Positions 1-11,600 of a stretch of 64,000 nucleotides of DNA are shown in pieces. Both the position numbers and the translations under genes were made by a program. The DNA is taken from positions 1,120,001 to 1,184,000 of the forward strand of contig CAVZZO010000001.1 in the NCBI GenBank assembly GCA_963779755.1. The letters are read 5' to 3'. The notes under the pieces were generated by a model. It was not told the DNA's origin. It did no database searches and was given only the letters and a program-made list of their open reading frames with translations. Source of the stretch: an uncultured Gemmatimonadales bacterium (GTDB taxonomy: Bacteria; Gemmatimonadota; Gemmatimonadetes; Gemmatimonadales; GWC2-71-9). Numbering within the stretch: position 1 is the stretch's first letter; each line of letters opens with the position of its first letter.

Positions 1-2843
1 GCGAGGATTTCGTGCTGGCGCCCTCGGTGGTGCAGCTGGAGGAACTGAGCGTCTCGGCCAATATCGACCCCCTGATCAACAAGGGCCGTACCGGTCCGGC
101 CAACGTGATCTCCGACTCGGCCATTCAGCGCCTGCCGCTGGTGGGCCGGAACTTCACCGATCTGATTGCCATCACCCCGCTGGCGGTGAACGGGGTGGGG
201 AGCGGCGGCCCGTCGGTGGGCGGCCAGAACAACCGGTTCAACAACATCCAGATCGACGGCGGCGTCAATAACGACCTGTTCGGCCTGGCGGCGAGCGGCG
301 TGCCCGGCGGGCAGGCCGGCGCCAAGGCCATCTCGGTGGACGCGGTGCAGGAGTTCCAGGTGCTGGTGGCGCCCTTCGACGTGCGCCAGGGCAGCTTCAC
401 CGGCGGTCTGGTCAATGCCGTGACCAAGTCGGGCACCAACCGGCTCCACGGGTCGCTCTACGGCTACCTGCTGGGCGACAAGGAGCTGGGGGTCGATTTC
501 ATCGGGACCGACAGCCTGGGCAACAAGGTGGGCTCGCTGACGCAGGAACAGGCGGGCTTCACGCTGGGCGGCCCCATTATCCAGGACAAGCTGCATTTCT
601 TCGTGAACGGCGAGCTGCAGAAGAAGGATGCGCCCTTCCAGGGCGAGGTGGCGGGCGAAAACAACGTCGTCTCCCAGGGGTTCGCCCAGCAGGTGCAGGA
701 CGTGGTCAAGAACACGTATGGCTTCGACCCCGGCGGCTGGCAGGCGCCCACGCTGAGCAACCCGCAGCAGAACATCTTCGCCAAGCTCAACTGGCAGCTC
801 GGGACCAACAATCAGATCGAGCTGTCGCATAACTTCGTCCACGCGAGCGACGACAACCTGATCCGCAACAGCCGCAGCGGCGCCACCAACTTCCGCGACG
901 GCTACCAGCTGTCCAACAGCGGCTATCCGTTCAATTCCCACACCTATACCACCCGGGGGAAATGGACCGCGGTCTTCGCCGACCGGTACTCCAACGAGCT
1001 GCTGGTGGGCTATTCCGCCATCCGGGAGAAGCGGGACATTGCCAACATCGTGCCCCTGATCCTGGTGACCGACACGACCACCGGCCTCACCGTGGCCGCC
1101 GGTTCGGACCGGTTCAGCCAGGCCAACTCGCTGGACCAGGACATCGTCGAGCTGACCGACAACCTGACCTTCGGGCTGGGCGCGCACCGCATCACGGTGG
1201 GCACGCACAACGAGTTCTTCAAGTTCCACAACGTCTTCTTCCCCGCCTCGCTGGGCGTATGGAACTTCAACAGCATTGCCGACCTGCAGGCCGGCACGGC
1301 CAGCCGGTACGAGATCGCCCTGCCGGGCGCCACCCGTCCCGACGGCCCCGTGGCCGATTTCAAGGTCCGGCAGTACGGGGTGTATGTGCAGGACCAGTTC
1401 GTGCCGGTGGAGAATCTGACGGTCACGGCGGGCCTGCGGCTGGACGACCCGACCTTCCCCACCACGCCGGCGAGCAACTCCCAGCTGCAGACGGACCTGG
1501 GGATCAACACCGGCAACTTCCCCAGCGGCAACATTCTCTGGTCGCCGCGGCTGGGCCTGAACTATGACGTGAACGGCGCGGGGCAGACCGTGCTGCGCGG
1601 GGGCGTCGGCGTCTTCAGCGGCCGGCCTCCCTACGTGTGGGTGTCCAACGCCTTCACCAACACCGGGCTGGAGCAGCAGAACCTGGTATGCAGCGGCGCG
1701 GGCCAGGTGCCCACCTTCACCCAGCAGTACGTGACCGATCCGGCCGGCTCGCCCACGACCTGCGCGGGTGGCGGCGGCGCGGTGGCGCCGATCCCGACGA
1801 TCAACTACTTCGATCCGTCGTTCAAGTGGCCGCAGAACCTGAAGGTCTCCCTGGGCGTCGATCAGCGGCTGCCCTGGGGGATGGTCGGCACGGTGGACCT
1901 GCTGCGCACCACCGGCCTCAACTCCTTCTACCTGACGGACGTGAATGTGGTGGAGCAGGGGCGGAACGCGGAAGGCCGGATGCTCTACGGGACCGCCAGC
2001 CCCTCCCGGCTCAATACGGTGAAGGTGACCAACAACTTCCGCCAGGTCATCCTGCACAAGAACAAGAGCGGCGACTTCAGCGACGCCGTGAGCCTGCAGC
2101 TGCAGAAGCGGTTCAGCGACGGCCTGGCGTTCAACGCGTCGTATACCTGGTCTACCACGCGGGACTACATGTCCATGACGTCCAGCATCGCCAGCAGCAA
2201 CCTGAACTTCTCGGTGCTGGACGGCACGCTGGATAGCCGGATCCGCCGGCGGTCGCAGTTCGACATTCCGCACAGCATCGCGGTGAGCGGAACCGTCAAC
2301 CTGCCCTACAAGTTCAACCTGGGCGTGTTCTGGAACAGCCGGTCGGGCAACCCGTTCACCTACGTGATTCAGGGCGACGCCAACGGCGACGGGATCAGCT
2401 CCAACGACATCGTCTACGTTCCGCGCGACCAGAACGACATCTCGCTGCAGAACCCGGCGGCCTGGGATACGCTGAACGCCTATATCAACAGCGAGCGGTG
2501 CCTCCGCGACGCCAAGGGCCACGTCCTGCCGCGGAACACCTGCCGGAACTCGTGGGCCAGCTTCGTGAGCGCGCGGCTCACCAAGTACTTCACGACCTTC
2601 AACGGCCAGTCCATCGAAATCACGGCCGACATGTTCAACGTCCTCAACTTCCTGGACAGCAACTGGGGCGTGCCGCGGCAGACTTCGGCGTTCGAGGGCC
2701 AGACGCTGCTGCGTATGACCGGGTACGATCTGGCGAACGACCGCCCGATCTACACTCTGGCGCTTCCCATCCGGGACAAGATCGTCACCGCCGGCAACGC
2801 CAACCGCTGGCGGCTGCAGCTGGGCGCGAAGTACCGCTTCTAG
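1..2843 (+). CDS. TonB-dependent outer-membrane receptor, Oar-like (5' end lies before the window)
   Basis: Plug motifs (LPLVGRNFTDL, NNIQIDG, GGLVNAVTKSGTN), amphipathic beta strands, SPRLGLNYD, C-terminal Phe (LGAKYRF). The frame is open to the window edge. Confidence 0.9.
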   Translation, partial: EDFVLAPSVVQLEELSVSANIDPLINKGRTGPANVISDSAIQRLPLVGRNFTDLIAITPLAVNGVGSGGPSVGGQNNRFNNIQIDGGVNNDLFGLAASGVPGGQAGAKAISVDAVQEFQVLVAPFDVRQGSFTGGLVNAVTKSGTNRLHGSLYGYLLGDKELGVDFIGTDSLGNKVGSLTQEQAGFTLGGPIIQDKLHFFVNGELQKKDAPFQGEVAGENNVVSQGFAQQVQDVVKNTYGFDPGGWQAPTLSNPQQNIFAKLNWQLGTNNQIELSHNFVHASDDNLIRNSRSGATNFRDGYQLSNSGYPFNSHTYTTRGKWTAVFADRYSNELLVGYSAIREKRDIANIVPLILVTDTTTGLTVAAGSDRFSQANSLDQDIVELTDNLTFGLGAHRITVGTHNEFFKFHNVFFPASLGVWNFNSIADLQAGTASRYEIALPGATRPDGPVADFKVRQYGVYVQDQFVPVENLTVTAGLRLDDPTFPTTPASNSQLQTDLGINTGNFPSGNILWSPRLGLNYDVNGAGQTVLRGGVGVFSGRPPYVWVSNAFTNTGLEQQNLVCSGAGQVPTFTQQYVTDPAGSPTTCAGGGGAVAPIPTINYFDPSFKWPQNLKVSLGVDQRLPWGMVGTVDLLRTTGLNSFYLTDVNVVEQGRNAEGRMLYGTASPSRLNTVKVTNNFRQVILHKNKSGDFSDAVSLQLQKRFSDGLAFNASYTWSTTRDYMSMTSSIASSNLNFSVLDGTLDSRIRRRSQFDIPHSIAVSGTVNLPYKFNLGVFWNSRSGNPFTYVIQGDANGDGISSNDIVYVPRDQNDISLQNPAAWDTLNAYINSERCLRDAKGHVLPRNTCRNSWASFVSARLTKYFTTFNGQSIEITADMFNVLNFLDSNWGVPRQTSAFEGQTLLRMTGYDLANDRPIYTLALPIRDKIVTAGNANRWRLQLGAKYRF

Positions 2844-2861
2844 GCCTGCAGGCTCCGGTCT

Positions 2862-2899
2862 TTCCACGGGCTCCGGCGCATGCGTCGGGGCCCGTGGAA
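2862..2899 (+). terminator. GC-rich hairpin after the TonB receptor stop
   Basis: TTCCACGGGCTCCGGCGC..GCGTCGGGGCCCGTGGAA inverted repeat between convergent genes. Confidence 0.6.
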
Positions 2900-2909
2900 C
2901 TTCAGGGAT

Positions 2910-2992
2910 GGGACAAGGGACAGGGGGACAAGGGAGAAGCAACCGGTCCGCTGTCCCTTGTCCCCTGTCCCTTGTCCCCTGTCCCCTGTCCC
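2910..2992. repeat. Inverted heptamer arrays (GGGACAR)n ... (TGTCCCY)6
   Basis: Read directly: left arm 2910-2935, right arm 2952-2992. Confidence 0.9.
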
Positions 2993-4071
2993 TACGTCTG
3001 CACCTTCCGCAGCAGCACCAGCGCGGTGAGCAGGAAGAAGATGTTCGGAATCCAGGCGGAGAGGGTGGGGTAGAATCCGCTGGCGCCCACCGCCTTGGTG
3101 ATCTGGATCATCATCAGGTAGATCACCGTGGTGGCCAGGCTGATGGCGATGCCGAGGGCCGTTCCCGCCCGGGGAGAGCTCACCGCCATCGGCGCGCCGA
3201 AGAGCGCAATGATCAGGCAGGTGGCGGGCAGGGCCAGCTTGAGCGCCTGCTCCACGATCAGCTTGTTGGCGTCGTTCCCCGACCGCCGCAGCGCGTCGAT
3301 GTAGCGCCCCAGTTCGGCGTAGCGCATCTCATCCGGGGCCTTGGGCTCGATCAGCAGCTCGCCGGGCGACTGGCTCAGCACCGGCAGCTGCATCCGCTTG
3401 AATCGGACCGTGTATTCGTGATCGGCGTCGGCGATGAACCGGCTGGCGCCGCTGTAGAGCGTCCAGGTGCCGCCGGTCGAGTCCCAGAGGGCGCTGTCGG
3501 CCATGACCGCCAGGTTGGGATACTCCGGGCTGCCGCCCTGCCGCTCCAGCACCAGGTTGCGCATCAGCCGCTTGTTGCGGTCCAGCACTCCCACGGTATA
3601 GATCCACCCCGCCTCCGCCCGGTACACGAAATTGAACCGCTGCACCGCCGAGCGCTGCTCGTCCGGGTTCTGGATGGCGTGCATCCGGGCGCTGGAGCCC
3701 GGCGCCAGTTCGCCTACCACCACCGCCAGCCCGGTGGCGCAGAGCGCGGCCAGAAACACCGGCAGCATGAGCCGGTAGAAGCTCTGCCCCCCGGCCTTGG
3801 CTGCGGTGATCTCCGAGTGCCGGTTGAGGTTGCCCACGGTGAACACGGTCGCGAACAGCACCGACGCCGGCATGACGATGAAGACGTTCTCGGGAATGGA
3901 GTAGAAGTAGCTGATGGCGATCTGCTTCGCGCTCAGGCCGATAGCCAGCCACTTGTCGAGGAAGTCGATCAGGTTGATCAGAATGCTGACCAGCGGAAAG
4001 CCCAGCGCCGTAATGATGAAGATCCTGACCCAGCTCTTGAGGACGTAGCGGTCGAGGGTGCGGGGGATCAT
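2992..4071 (-). CDS. lptG: LPS export permease LptG
   Basis: MIPRTLDRYVLK start, SEITAAKAGG motif, 3 TM + periplasmic domain + 3 TM, ends AWIPNIFF. ATGA overlap with lptF. Confidence 0.9.
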   Translation of the reverse strand: MIPRTLDRYVLKSWVRIFIITALGFPLVSILINLIDFLDKWLAIGLSAKQIAISYFYSIPENVFIVMPASVLFATVFTVGNLNRHSEITAAKAGGQSFYRLMLPVFLAALCATGLAVVVGELAPGSSARMHAIQNPDEQRSAVQRFNFVYRAEAGWIYTVGVLDRNKRLMRNLVLERQGGSPEYPNLAVMADSALWDSTGGTWTLYSGASRFIADADHEYTVRFKRMQLPVLSQSPGELLIEPKAPDEMRYAELGRYIDALRRSGNDANKLIVEQALKLALPATCLIIALFGAPMAVSSPRAGTALGIAISLATTVIYLMMIQITKAVGASGFYPTLSAWIPNIFFLLTALVLLRKVQT

Positions 4072-5618
4072 GCCCGCCCTCCGGCTTCCCCACGGAGCCG
4101 GCCGAGCAGGCCGCCGAGGAGGTCGCGCAGCTCGCCCCCGCGCTCCGTGCCGGTGGTACGGTTTACCGCCCGCAGGCCCAGCAGGCCCAGGAAGGTGAAG
4201 ATCATGTTGGGGCCCCACATGGCCACCGCGGGATCGACCAGGCCCCGGTCGCCCAGCGCCTCGCCGGCGATGAGCCCGACGTAGTACACCGAGAAGACCG
4301 CCAGCCCGCCCCCGATCACCAGCCCCATTCCGCCGCGGGGGAAGCGCAGCGCCAGCGGAATGCCGATCAGGACGAAGACGGCGCAGGCCGCGCTGATCGA
4401 GAGCTTCTTGTGCACCTCGATGAGGTATTTGTCGGCCTGGATGCCGGCGGTCTTCACCCGCTCGGCCGCGTTGGCAACCTGCGGCCAGGTGGCCAGCCGC
4501 GGCGTATAGCTGCCCGCCGGCTCCTCCCATTCCTGCGGCGGGGGCGTCGCCCGCGGGCTCCCGGTGATCTGCGGCTTCTTCAGCCCCGGCGGCAGCGGCC
4601 GGCGGGCCGGATGCTGTGCGGGTTCCTGCGCCTCAGCCGTCTTGGGAGTGAAGAGCCCTCCCAGGCGCTGCAGCAGGCCGCAGTACCCGCCGGGTCTCCG
4701 CGCTGCCGGCGGCGGTGACGGGGGCGGCGGGGGCAGCAGGAGCAGGGTGCGGAGATCGGACCGCAGCAGGTCGCGCTGCTCCCGGCGGGCGGCCGCCGCC
4801 TGCTCGCGGTTCTGACGCACGTAGCCCAGCATTTCGCAGGTGCTCATCTCCCGGTCGCCCCGGGCGGTTTCCACCGAGTTCTTCTGGAACTGATTGGCGA
4901 TATCCTTGACCCAGATCTCGTTCTCCCGGAAATAAGTCAGCTGAAACACCTGGGGCTCCATCGCCTTGAACTCGTGGATCGCGCCGTCAAAGAGCCGGAG
5001 GCTCAGATCGGTCTGGTTGTCGGTCAGAGCCATCCGGCCGCTGTCGGCGTAGATGATCCGCCGGGCGGGCGAGCTGCCCAGGTCGTAGAGGGTCACTCCG
5101 CGCAGCCGGCCGGTCGCCGGGTCGATCCGGCTGGCCCGGAGGAACATGCCGGACGGGCCCAGGGCGTTGATCACCTGCTCCCGCAGCTCGAACGTCGGCT
5201 TCTTGCGGGCAATGTCGTAGAGCAGCGTGCGCAGGCGGGCGTTGCTGCGCGGCAGGACCTGATCGTTGAAGCCGAAGGCGAAGACGGTCGTCAGAAGCCC
5301 CGCCACCAGGACCGGCGCCAGAAGCTGGGGTATGCTCACCCCGCTCGCCCGCATGGCCGTAATCTCGTTATCCGAGGCCAGGTGGCTGAAGGCGTGGAGC
5401 ACGGCGAACAACACCGCCATCGGCAGGGTCATGGCGAAAATGAAGGGAATACTGAGCCCGAACACCTCCGCGATCACGCCGGCCGGCAGCCCCTTGCCCA
5501 CCAGCGCGCCGAACCGTTGCGCCACCTGGTTGAGCAGGAAGATGCTGGTCATGGCGGCGAGGGCAAACAGAAACGGCGCCACCAGCTGCTGCAGGACGTA
5601 ACGGCTGATCAGACGCAC
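4068..5618 (-). CDS. lptF: LPS export permease LptF, with a long periplasmic insertion
   Basis: GTG start (VRLISRYVLQQ) after AGAGG; DNEITAMRASGVS, EVHKKLSI and AMWGPN motifs. The 1675-aa ORF in the track is an upstream run-on into antisense sprA. Confidence 0.9.
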   Translation of the reverse strand: MRLISRYVLQQLVAPFLFALAAMTSIFLLNQVAQRFGALVGKGLPAGVIAEVFGLSIPFIFAMTLPMAVLFAVLHAFSHLASDNEITAMRASGVSIPQLLAPVLVAGLLTTVFAFGFNDQVLPRSNARLRTLLYDIARKKPTFELREQVINALGPSGMFLRASRIDPATGRLRGVTLYDLGSSPARRIIYADSGRMALTDNQTDLSLRLFDGAIHEFKAMEPQVFQLTYFRENEIWVKDIANQFQKNSVETARGDREMSTCEMLGYVRQNREQAAAARREQRDLLRSDLRTLLLLPPPPPSPPPAARRPGGYCGLLQRLGGLFTPKTAEAQEPAQHPARRPLPPGLKKPQITGSPRATPPPQEWEEPAGSYTPRLATWPQVANAAERVKTAGIQADKYLIEVHKKLSISAACAVFVLIGIPLALRFPRGGMGLVIGGGLAVFSVYYVGLIAGEALGDRGLVDPAVAMWGPNMIFTFLGLLGLRAVNRTTGTERGGELRDLLGGLLGRLRGEAGGRA

Positions 5619-5669
5619 GGCGCCTCTAAGTAACTCGGTTGTAAGGGTTTCCGCGCACGTATATATTCC

Positions 5670-8600
5670 GTGACCATTCGATCCTCCAGCCTCCTTCCGT
5701 CCGGTCGCGCCGGTCTGGCGCGAGTATGCGCCGTGCTTGCCCTGCTGGCCCTGGTTCCGGGGATGCTCCGGGCCCAGGCCGATACCAGTGGCGCCCGGCT
5801 GCGGCTGCGGTTCCAGCACGCCCCGCTGGTCCTCAAGCAGCCGGCCGTCCTGCGTGCCCCCTGGTTCGGCGGGCCCCGGCTGCCCATCGCTCTGGTGGTG
5901 GCCCAGTGGGACAGCTCGCTCAACTCCACCCTCGACTCGGCCCGGGCCGCCCACCGGCTGGCCCGGCGGCTGGCCGCCATCTACGGCGCGCCCGCCGGCC
6001 CGCCGGTCGCGCCTCCGGGCGCGGGGGAAGGCGAGGAGAATGCCGCCGGTCTGCTGGGCTTGAACCCGAAATATGCCAACCTGGCGCTCGACGGCCAGGC
6101 CAGCCTCGAGATTCGCACCGACCGGACCCGGAACGAGCGCTGCACGCCGGCCGCCCTGCTGCAGCCGTCTTCCGGCTGCCGGGGGAGCTTCTCGGCCCCC
6201 CGGCTGCAGAACCAGTTGAATCTGCTCGCGGGGGGCGTCATCGGCCAGCGGCTGCACATCAATGTGGACTACAACTCCGAGCGGGACTTCACCAGCAAGA
6301 ACGACGTTCAGATCTATTACCAGGGCCTGACCGACGAAATCGTCCAGCGGGTCGAGGTCGGGACGGTCACCTTCCGGCCGCCGCCCTCGCGCTTCATTAC
6401 GGCCGCCATTCCGGCGAACAACTTCGGGGTCAACGCCACGTTCGAGCTGGGACGGATGCAGTTCCAGGCCATCGCCGCCGAGCAGAAGGGGAGCGCGGTG
6501 GCGACCCGGACCTATACCATAGGCCAGCAGGTGAGCACCCCGCAGGACCGGCAGGTCCGCGACCTCGACTACGAGAGCGGCCGGTTCTTCTGGGTGGTGG
6601 ATCCCGTGCAGATCCCCGGCTATCCGGCCCTGGACATCCTGAACCTGAACCGGACCAGCCTGCCGGCCGCCGTGCGGCCCGTCCAGCTGCAGGTCTACCG
6701 CTACCGGACCTACCAGTCGCAGAGCGGTCCCGACCCCAACATCGGCGGTATCTCGGCGGTGGCGGTCTCGGAGGATTCCTCCCAGGTGCAGGGGCGCTGG
6801 CAGTTGCTGGTGAAGGACGTCGACTATTACCAGGACCCCTCGGGCCTCTGGATCACCACCTCGGGCAAGCTGGATCAGAACGACTATCTGGCGGTGAGCT
6901 ACACCACGGGGGCGGGCGATAGCGTCGGCACGCTGCCCACCACCGATCGCCCGGTGGGGCCGGGGCAGGCGCCGCTCGACACGCTGCGGCTCATCATCCG
7001 GCCGCAGAGCACGCCCGCCCAGGCCACCTTCCGGCACGAGATGCGGCAGATCTACCGGGTGGGCGGGGAAGACCTCGATCGCAGTACCCTGGTGGTCAAC
7101 CTGTCGGTCAATCAGTCGGAGCGGCCGCAGCTGGGCGGCGCCTCGACCTACCTCGCCCTGCTGGGCCTCTCGCTCCCCAGCGACGAGAGCCAGTTCGACG
7201 TTCAGAACCGGCTCTTTCCCCGTCCGCAGGACGTCGTCGCCAGCCAGAGCATCCACCAGGAGTATATCGTCTTCCCCAACCTGCAGCCGTTCGGCGAGAC
7301 GGTCCTGAGCCCGGCGGAGCGCTCCGACAGCCTCTATCGCACCCCGCAGTATCTGCTGCTCACCCAGGGACCGCCCGCCAAGTTCACCTTCCGGCTGCGC
7401 TATAACTCGACCGGCGTGGGCGACCGGTCCACCCTCGATCTCAACGCGCTGCAGCTGCGCGACGGGAGCGAGCATCTGGCGGTGGGCGGCCTCGAGCTGG
7501 AGCGGGGCGTGGACTATACCATCGACTACAATCTGGGGCGGGTGACCTTCCTCAACCCGGACCAGCTCTTCGGCAACAGCCCCACGGTGGTGACGGCCCG
7601 CTTCGAGGAGCGGGGGGTGTTCGCCGTGGCGCCCACCACCATCCTGGGCGGCAGCGCGCGGTATTCGCTGGGCCAGCGGGGCGATGTGAATCTCATCGGC
7701 ATCTACCAGTACGAGTCGACCGCCTTCAACCGTCCGCCGCTGGGCTTCGAGCCCACCGCGACCCTGGTCGGGGGGATCAACACCGACCTGACCTTCCAGC
7801 CCACGGCGGTCACCCGGTTCCTGAATTCGCTCACCACCGGCGGCGCGACCGCCCCCTCGCATCTGAACGTCCGGGCGGAGCTGGCCTTCACCAAGCCCGA
7901 CCCCAACCGCTCGGGGGCGGCGTATCTCGAGGAGTTCGAGGCGGATGCCGGCGTGAAGGTCTCCCTGGCCGAGGGCGCCTGGGAGTACGGCAGCCGGCCG
8001 GCGTCTCCCGCGGGGCTGGTGACCGAGATCCCCGACTTCGCCGCCGGATTCGATTCCTCCTGGGCGGTGCAACTCACCTGGCAGAACCTGGTGGACAACG
8101 GCCGGGGGCAGGCGGTGGAGCTGCGGGCCCAGGACATCGATCCCAACATCTCGATCGTGGGCACTGGCGCCCAGCGCGAGACCATCATGTTCCTCACGCT
8201 GCACGCCGATACCGCGGGCGGCGTCGTGCAGAACAACAACGCCTCCCGCTGGACCCAGCCGGCCCGTCCCTTTACCCCCCGCTGGCGTTCGATCACCACC
8301 TCGCTCAGCAGCACCGGCCTGGACCTCTCCCGCAACGAGTTCCTGGAGTTCTGGGTCTTTCAACCGGCCAGCCACTCGGCCGACAGCGCCGGCGTGCGCC
8401 TGATGCTCGATCTGGGGCAGGTCAACGAGGACGCGCTGGCCATCGCGCCCGAGAGCCTGACGGTCAACGGCGCCGACAGCGTCTACACCGGCCGGCAGTA
8501 CGTGGGGGTGGGCACGCTCGACACCGAGCGGGAGCCCAGCGGCATCTACAACGCCCAGACCGACGACACCGGCATCCTGGGCGACCGGCCCGATTCCCTG

Positions 8601-11600
8601 GTGGTGAACGGGCAGCTCGTCTCCCGTCCCGCGCTGTGCCAGCAGGTCCTGAGCTCCACCGTGCTCATCTATCCCTGGGGCGATCTCAGCAGCCGGTGCA
8701 GCAACGGGAACGGCCTGCTCGACACCGAGGATCTCGACGGCGACCGGGTGCTCAATGCCTCGGGGCCGGCGGAGAACGCCTTCCGCTACGTGGTGAACCT
8801 GGCCAACAGCAAGTACTTCGTGCGCGACGGGGTCCAGACGGTGGATTCGCTGGGGCGGGTGGCGGGCTGGAAGCTCTACCGGATTCCCCTGCGCGACGCC
8901 GGCGATACCATCGGCACGCCCAACATCCGGCTCATCAAGCAGCTGCGAGTCACGGTGGCGACGGGGCCCGATAACGGCGGCCCCGACGTGGTGGCGCGCC
9001 TCGCCCTGGCGCGAATGCAGTTCACCGGGTCCCAGTGGAGCCGCCGCTCCGATACGCCGATCGCCGGCATCGGCGGGACCATCGCCCAGCCGCACGGGCA
9101 GGTGCTGGTGAGCGTCGTCTCGACCGAGAATACCGAGTTGGGCTATACCTCGCCGCCCGGGCTGGGGAACCAGATCAACCAGAAGAACGGCGGGCAGGAC
9201 GTGCAGGGTACCCAGATCAACGAGCGCTCGCTCCGGGTGCTGGCCCAGGATCTCCGGGCGGGGGAGCGGTCCGAGGCCTACTTCCGGTTCCCGGCGGGCC
9301 CGCAGAATCTGCTGCGCTACCGGCAGCTGCGGGTCTGGATGCGGGGGCGGGGCGGCGGGTGGGAGGACGGAGAGCTGCAGGCCTACATCAAGCTGGGCAG
9401 CGACCCGCGCAACTTCTACCTGTACCGCACCGGCGCGACCACCACCTCCTGGGTGCCGGAAGTCTCGGTGGACCTGGAGACCTGGCGCCGCCTCCGGGCC
9501 GACGTCGAGAGCCGCTTCCTGCAGGGTCAGCCGCCCAACGGCGGTACCGACTGCGGGACTACCGATCCTCAGGCCTATGTGGCCTGCGACGGACCCTACC
9601 TGGTGCAGGTGGGCGATCCCGGGGTCAATCCGCCCAATCTGGCGTCGGTGCAGGAAATCTCCGCCGGCATCCTCCGGCTCACCGAGAGCACGGTGATCGA
9701 CACCGCCGAACTCTGGGTGGACGACATCCGGGTGACCGACCCCATCTCCAAGATCGGGACGGCCCTCGCGCTCGATACCCGGCTCACCGCCTCCGATGTG
9801 GGCGATCTGTCGGTCAGTTACATCCGGCAGGACGGAAACTTCCAGCAGATCGGCCAGGATCCGACCTACCGGACCACCGGTGCGCTCCAGCTGGCCAGCT
9901 CCTGGCGGGCCGACCGGTTCCTGCCCAAGTCGCTGGGCTTATCGGTGCCGATGTCGGTGAATTATCTCCGAAGCACGGTGAACCCCGATCTCATCACCGG
10001 CACCGATATTCCCGGGTCCGGCCTGGTGGGGCTGCGCCGCCCCGCCTCCTGGAGCCTCAACTACGGGATCACCATCCGGCGCAGCCGGACCGGCACCGAC
10101 TGGCTGACCCGCGGCTTCGTGGATCCGTTCACCTTCAGTGCCGCTCTGGTGCGCGGCCGGACGACCACCGAATACAGCGACGCCGCCCTCTCCAATTCCA
10201 GCTTCAACCTGGCGTACAATCTCCAGCTGCGCCGCCACGGCGTCGGCATCAACCTGGGGGGGCTGGTCGACGCGCTTCCCGGCTGGCTGCGCAACACCGC
10301 CGGCGCCAGGGGCGCGCGCCGCTTCACCCTGGCGCTGGCCCCCACCAGCCTGCGGCTCACCAGCGGGCTCACCCGCACCGAGTCGGATGTCTCGTCCTTT
10401 CTGACCCCGGTGCGGCGGCCGGCCGACAGCAGCGTGGCGGCGGCGGTCAACCTCTCGCACCTGTGGCGGAACAGCGCGTCCATCAATTTCCAGCCGCTGA
10501 CCATGCTCAACCTCTCGGGTGACCTCACCAGCACCCGGGATCTGCGCCACTACGCCGACTCCACCACCCTGGGCCGCCTGGCGGAGCAGGCCCGCACCAG
10601 CTTCCTCGGCACCGACGTGGGGGTGGAACGGGACCGGCAGTTCAGCACCGGGCTCAGCATTACCCCGGTCCTCACCTCCTGGCTCCGCCCGCGCTATATC
10701 ACCGGCAGCTCGTTCATCCTCTCCCGGACGCTCAATTCCCGCCCGCCGGTGCGGCTGGGCGACGACAGCATGGGGGCGTTCATCCTGCCCCAGACGCTGA
10801 ACAACAGCCGCTCCCGGGAATTCGGCCTGACGCTCGACCCGGGCGTCGCGCTGAGCGGGCTGCTGGGCGACAGCAGCTCGCTGGGCAGCGTCCTCAAGCG
10901 TATCCGCCCCCTGGACATCAGCAACCGTCTGGTGCGGTCGTCCACCTACGACCTGGCGGATTTCGAGCCCGATCTGTTCTACATGCTGGGGCTGGGCAAA
11001 CGGGAGGACTTCCTGCACCACCAGGGATCCGATGCGATCGGGGTGGGCGAAACCCGCTCCACCTCCTGGAGCAGCGGCGCCGACCTGCCGTTCGGACTGG
11101 GCTTCACGCTGAGCTACGGACTGGTGCATACCATGCAGTTCCAGCAGGTGGGCGGCAGCCTGGTAGTGACCGATACCCGCCAGCGCGAGTGGCCGGTGGG
11201 AACCTTCCGCCTGACCCACAGTTTCCGCTCCGGCCCCCTGAGCCTGCTCGCCGCCAGTATGAATGTCCGCCGGAAGGAAGGACACACCGATCAGCCGTCG
11301 GCCGGCCGTGTGGTGCGGAGCGGCAACAGCTCCAGCAGTGCCGGCCCCAGCCTGCAGCTGGGCTGGCGCAACGGGCTGGTAATGCTGGTGGGGTACAGTG
11401 ACATCTCCCAGGAAACCGAGAGCAACGGCAACCTGACCCGCTCGCAGCAGGAAGACGTCAACGCCAACCTGAGCTATGCCTTCCGGCTGCCCGGCTCCCT
11501 CAGCCGGTTGCGCAAGCAGGTCCGCGCTTCGCTCTACGGCGTGCTGTCGTCCAACACCAGTTGTCTTCAGCGGCTGGACACGCCCGACTGCACCAGTATT

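Noticed and set aside
5619..9095. N-terminal ~1150 aa of the 1675-aa minus-strand ORF
   Set aside because: Antisense shadow of sprA caused by GC3 bias; LptF similarity begins only at GTG 5618.
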